This document shows, in pieces, positions 62,339 through 64,000 of a stretch of DNA of 64,000 nucleotides. Positions within the stretch are counted from its first letter, which is position 1. Each line of letters starts with the position of its first letter. This stretch comes from Candidatus Obscuribacterales bacterium (GTDB taxonomy: Bacteria > Cyanobacteriota > Vampirovibrionia > Obscuribacterales > Obscuribacteraceae): contig CBDDIJ010000003.1 in the NCBI GenBank assembly GCA_965228855.1, positions 2,400,001 through 2,464,000 of the forward strand. Direction: 5' to 3'. The position numbers and the translations under genes were made by a program. The notes below the pieces were generated by a model, which was given only the letters and a program-made list of their open reading frames with translations, made no database searches and was not told the DNA's origin.

Positions 62339-63613
62339 AACCGTTTCAATCTTAGCGAGCATCATAGCCAGCACGAACCAGTGCATAAGGCGAACATGAC
62401 CGGTGCCGAAATTATATTCGAAGAGACCTGCCACCGTAAGCGATACTATGCCGCCAAGGCAACCAAGTCCAATGGCGCGATGGAGCAAATCCTCCTGATC
62501 CGGTGAACGCTTGCTACGCCATGTTTTAAACGAAAACCATAACATCGAAAGCTCCAAATACAGGAACGCCAGCAAACCCACAATTCCCATAGTCGCAAGA
62601 ATGTGCAAGAAATTATTGTGTGCATGGACCAGGTAAGTAGACTCACCGGGAACGATCGCTTCCGGAATATCTAACTTAGGGAAATTGCGTACACCGACGC
62701 CGAAAACAGGATGTTCACGCCACACTTCCCATGCTTTTTGCCAAACAACAAAACGCGCTTGTACTCCAACGTCACCTTGAATGTTTGTTAGCATCGGAAC
62801 AATCCGCGTTTGAACAACCGGAACAGTGAACCATGAAATCAGTCCAACCGGGATCATGGAAAGCAGCACCAGACCAAACATTCGTAGAGAGACCAGGCAG
62901 GCAATCACAAGCACACCAGCAAGTATTCCGAGCCACGCGCTTCGCTCGCTGGCGAAATAGACACCAGCCAGATTGCAGGCGGTAAGAACGGAAAATGCAA
63001 AGCGGTTTCCGATCACCTGTTTAAAACCTCCACTGAGAAGCAGAGCCAGAGCCAGACAAGCAGTAACCTCCATCTGACCTGCGTAGGCCATCGGATTTCC
63101 CATGAAGCCGGACGCTTGAAGATACTGAAACTTTTCAAACGGATGAAAATGAAACAACTGTTGAATCGTTCCCCAGACACCCGCAACGGCACCGCACGAA
63201 AGCAGCACTGCGACAACCTTTTCTCGCAAGTGATCGGAACGGTTGAAAGCGGTATATGCAATAAAATAAAGCAGAAACGCACGCAGCGTGACGACAGAAG
63301 CCCAACCTTCTTTGAGCCCACCGTTAATCGTTCCTGTTACCATCACGACTATAGTGAATACCAAAAGAGGGATGGATAGCGGTGCCTGCCGAACAGCGCT
63401 GACAGAGGGACAGCTTAAAAACGCCTGCCGATTCGAGTGTTCCGAACCAGCTCCAGAAATTTCCAAACCAATACGCGCGACAAAAACAACCATGCCGGCA
63501 ATCAAAACTATCCAGGAATAAGTTATTGGAAGGTAGACGGCGACCGCGTAGACAAGGATAACCCACTGCTCTAACTTCGATGTAATCTCGTAGAGTTTAT
63601 GGATGTTGTTCAA
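62285..63613 (-). CDS. O-antigen ligase (Wzy_C / IctB-like) family membrane protein; start uncertain
   Basis: ASGFMGNP, SERSAWLG, R...W..A...HPVFGVG, HAHNNFL..LA..GIVG. Confidence 0.85.
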   Translation of the reverse strand: MNNIHKLYEITSKLEQWVILVYAVAVYLPITYSWIVLIAGMVVFVARIGLEISGAGSEHSNRQAFLSCPSVSAVRQAPLSIPLLVFTIVVMVTGTINGGLKEGWASVVTLRAFLLYFIAYTAFNRSDHLREKVVAVLLSCGAVAGVWGTIQQLFHFHPFEKFQYLQASGFMGNPMAYAGQMEVTACLALALLLSGGFKQVIGNRFAFSVLTACNLAGVYFASERSAWLGILAGVLVIACLVSLRMFGLVLLSMIPVGLISWFTVPVVQTRIVPMLTNIQGDVGVQARFVVWQKAWEVWREHPVFGVGVRNFPKLDIPEAIVPGESTYLVHAHNNFLHILATMGIVGLLAFLYLELSMLWFSFKTWRSKRSPDQEDLLHRAIGLGCLGGIVSLTVAGLFEYNFGTGHVRLMHWFVLAMMLAKIETVSNVSLSPGKAFEAPGGE

Positions 63614-63635
63614 AACCTGGCCACTCAGCGAACGA

Positions 63636-64000
63636 CTAGTCGTTCTTCCAGTTGTGTAAGCCCATGATATCGCGGACTTCGGCAAGGGTCTTCTTAGCCG
63701 TTTCTCTAGCTTTCTTGTTTCCGTATTCGAGAATTTGCTCGACCTTCTTAGGGTCGCTTGCGAACTTCTCGCGACGCTCACGAAGAGGTCTCAAATAATC
63801 GTTCATTTTGCCGGCAAGCCGTTTCTTACAATCAACGCAGCCAATCTGCGCCGACTCGCACTCAGTGCGAACTTGCTCGGTTATATCGGAGCCGAAAATC
63901 TGATACATGGGCCACGGCACTTCGCACTGATCGACATGACCCGGATCGGATTTGGCGATGCGAGTTCTATCCGTGATCATTTTCATGACCTGCTTAGTGG
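63636..64000 (-). CDS. trpS: Tryptophanyl-tRNA synthetase, 3' part (5' end outside the window)
   Basis: MITD..R....DPG....C, GCVDCKK.L, E.IL..G..KA...A..T...VR..MGL. Confidence 0.9.
   Translation of the reverse strand, partial: TKQVMKMITDRTRIAKSDPGHVDQCEVPWPMYQIFGSDITEQVRTECESAQIGCVDCKKRLAGKMNDYLRPLRERREKFASDPKKVEQILEYGNKKARETAKKTLAEVRDIMGLHNWKND

Noticed and set aside
520..63976. The many antisense or alternative-frame ORFs overlapping called genes
   Set aside because: Shadow ORFs with no recognisable motifs, lying over well-supported CDSs
1..64000. CRISPR arrays, IS elements, prophage, rRNA
   Set aside because: No regularly spaced repeats, transposases, phage structural genes or rRNA signatures seen

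Overview
A gene-dense, roughly 50% GC chromosomal segment. The gene content (cyanobacterial-type 7Fe ferredoxin, GAF sensors, WG-repeat, TPR and DUF6745 paralogs, IctB-like O-antigen ligase, Hanks kinase, no photosynthesis genes) suggests a non-photosynthetic Cyanobacteriota member such as Vampirovibrionia/Obscuribacterales; this is inference. Housekeeping genes: xerD, rpsF-ssb-rpsR, tRNA-Leu(CAG), infC-rpmI-rplT-trmH, tatC, folK-acpS, an attenuator-controlled trpL-E-G-D-CF-B-A operon and the 3' part of trpS. Also present are an AsmA-family protein, a dCache/HAMP/GAF/GAF/GGDEF cyclase, a Mesh1-like (p)ppGpp hydrolase, an orphan MazF, an IpdC-like decarboxylase, a SolA-like oxidase and a MATE exporter. 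I saw no IS, prophage or CRISPR array. The most unusual signal lies outside the gene list. Almost every intergenic spacer I examined, and several odd protein extensions (XerD, AcpS and TatC N-termini, TrpE C-terminus, AsmA inserts), aligns collinearly with the immediately adjacent coding sequence as a heavily decayed direct tandem copy (a 'ghost'). Clear cases include infC, rpsR, rpsF, rpmI, acpS, xerD, the B12-binding gene and the ferredoxin. RBSs, terminators and probable promoters now sit inside these ghosts. All alignments were made by eye and need computational confirmation; an assembly or processing artefact cannot be excluded.
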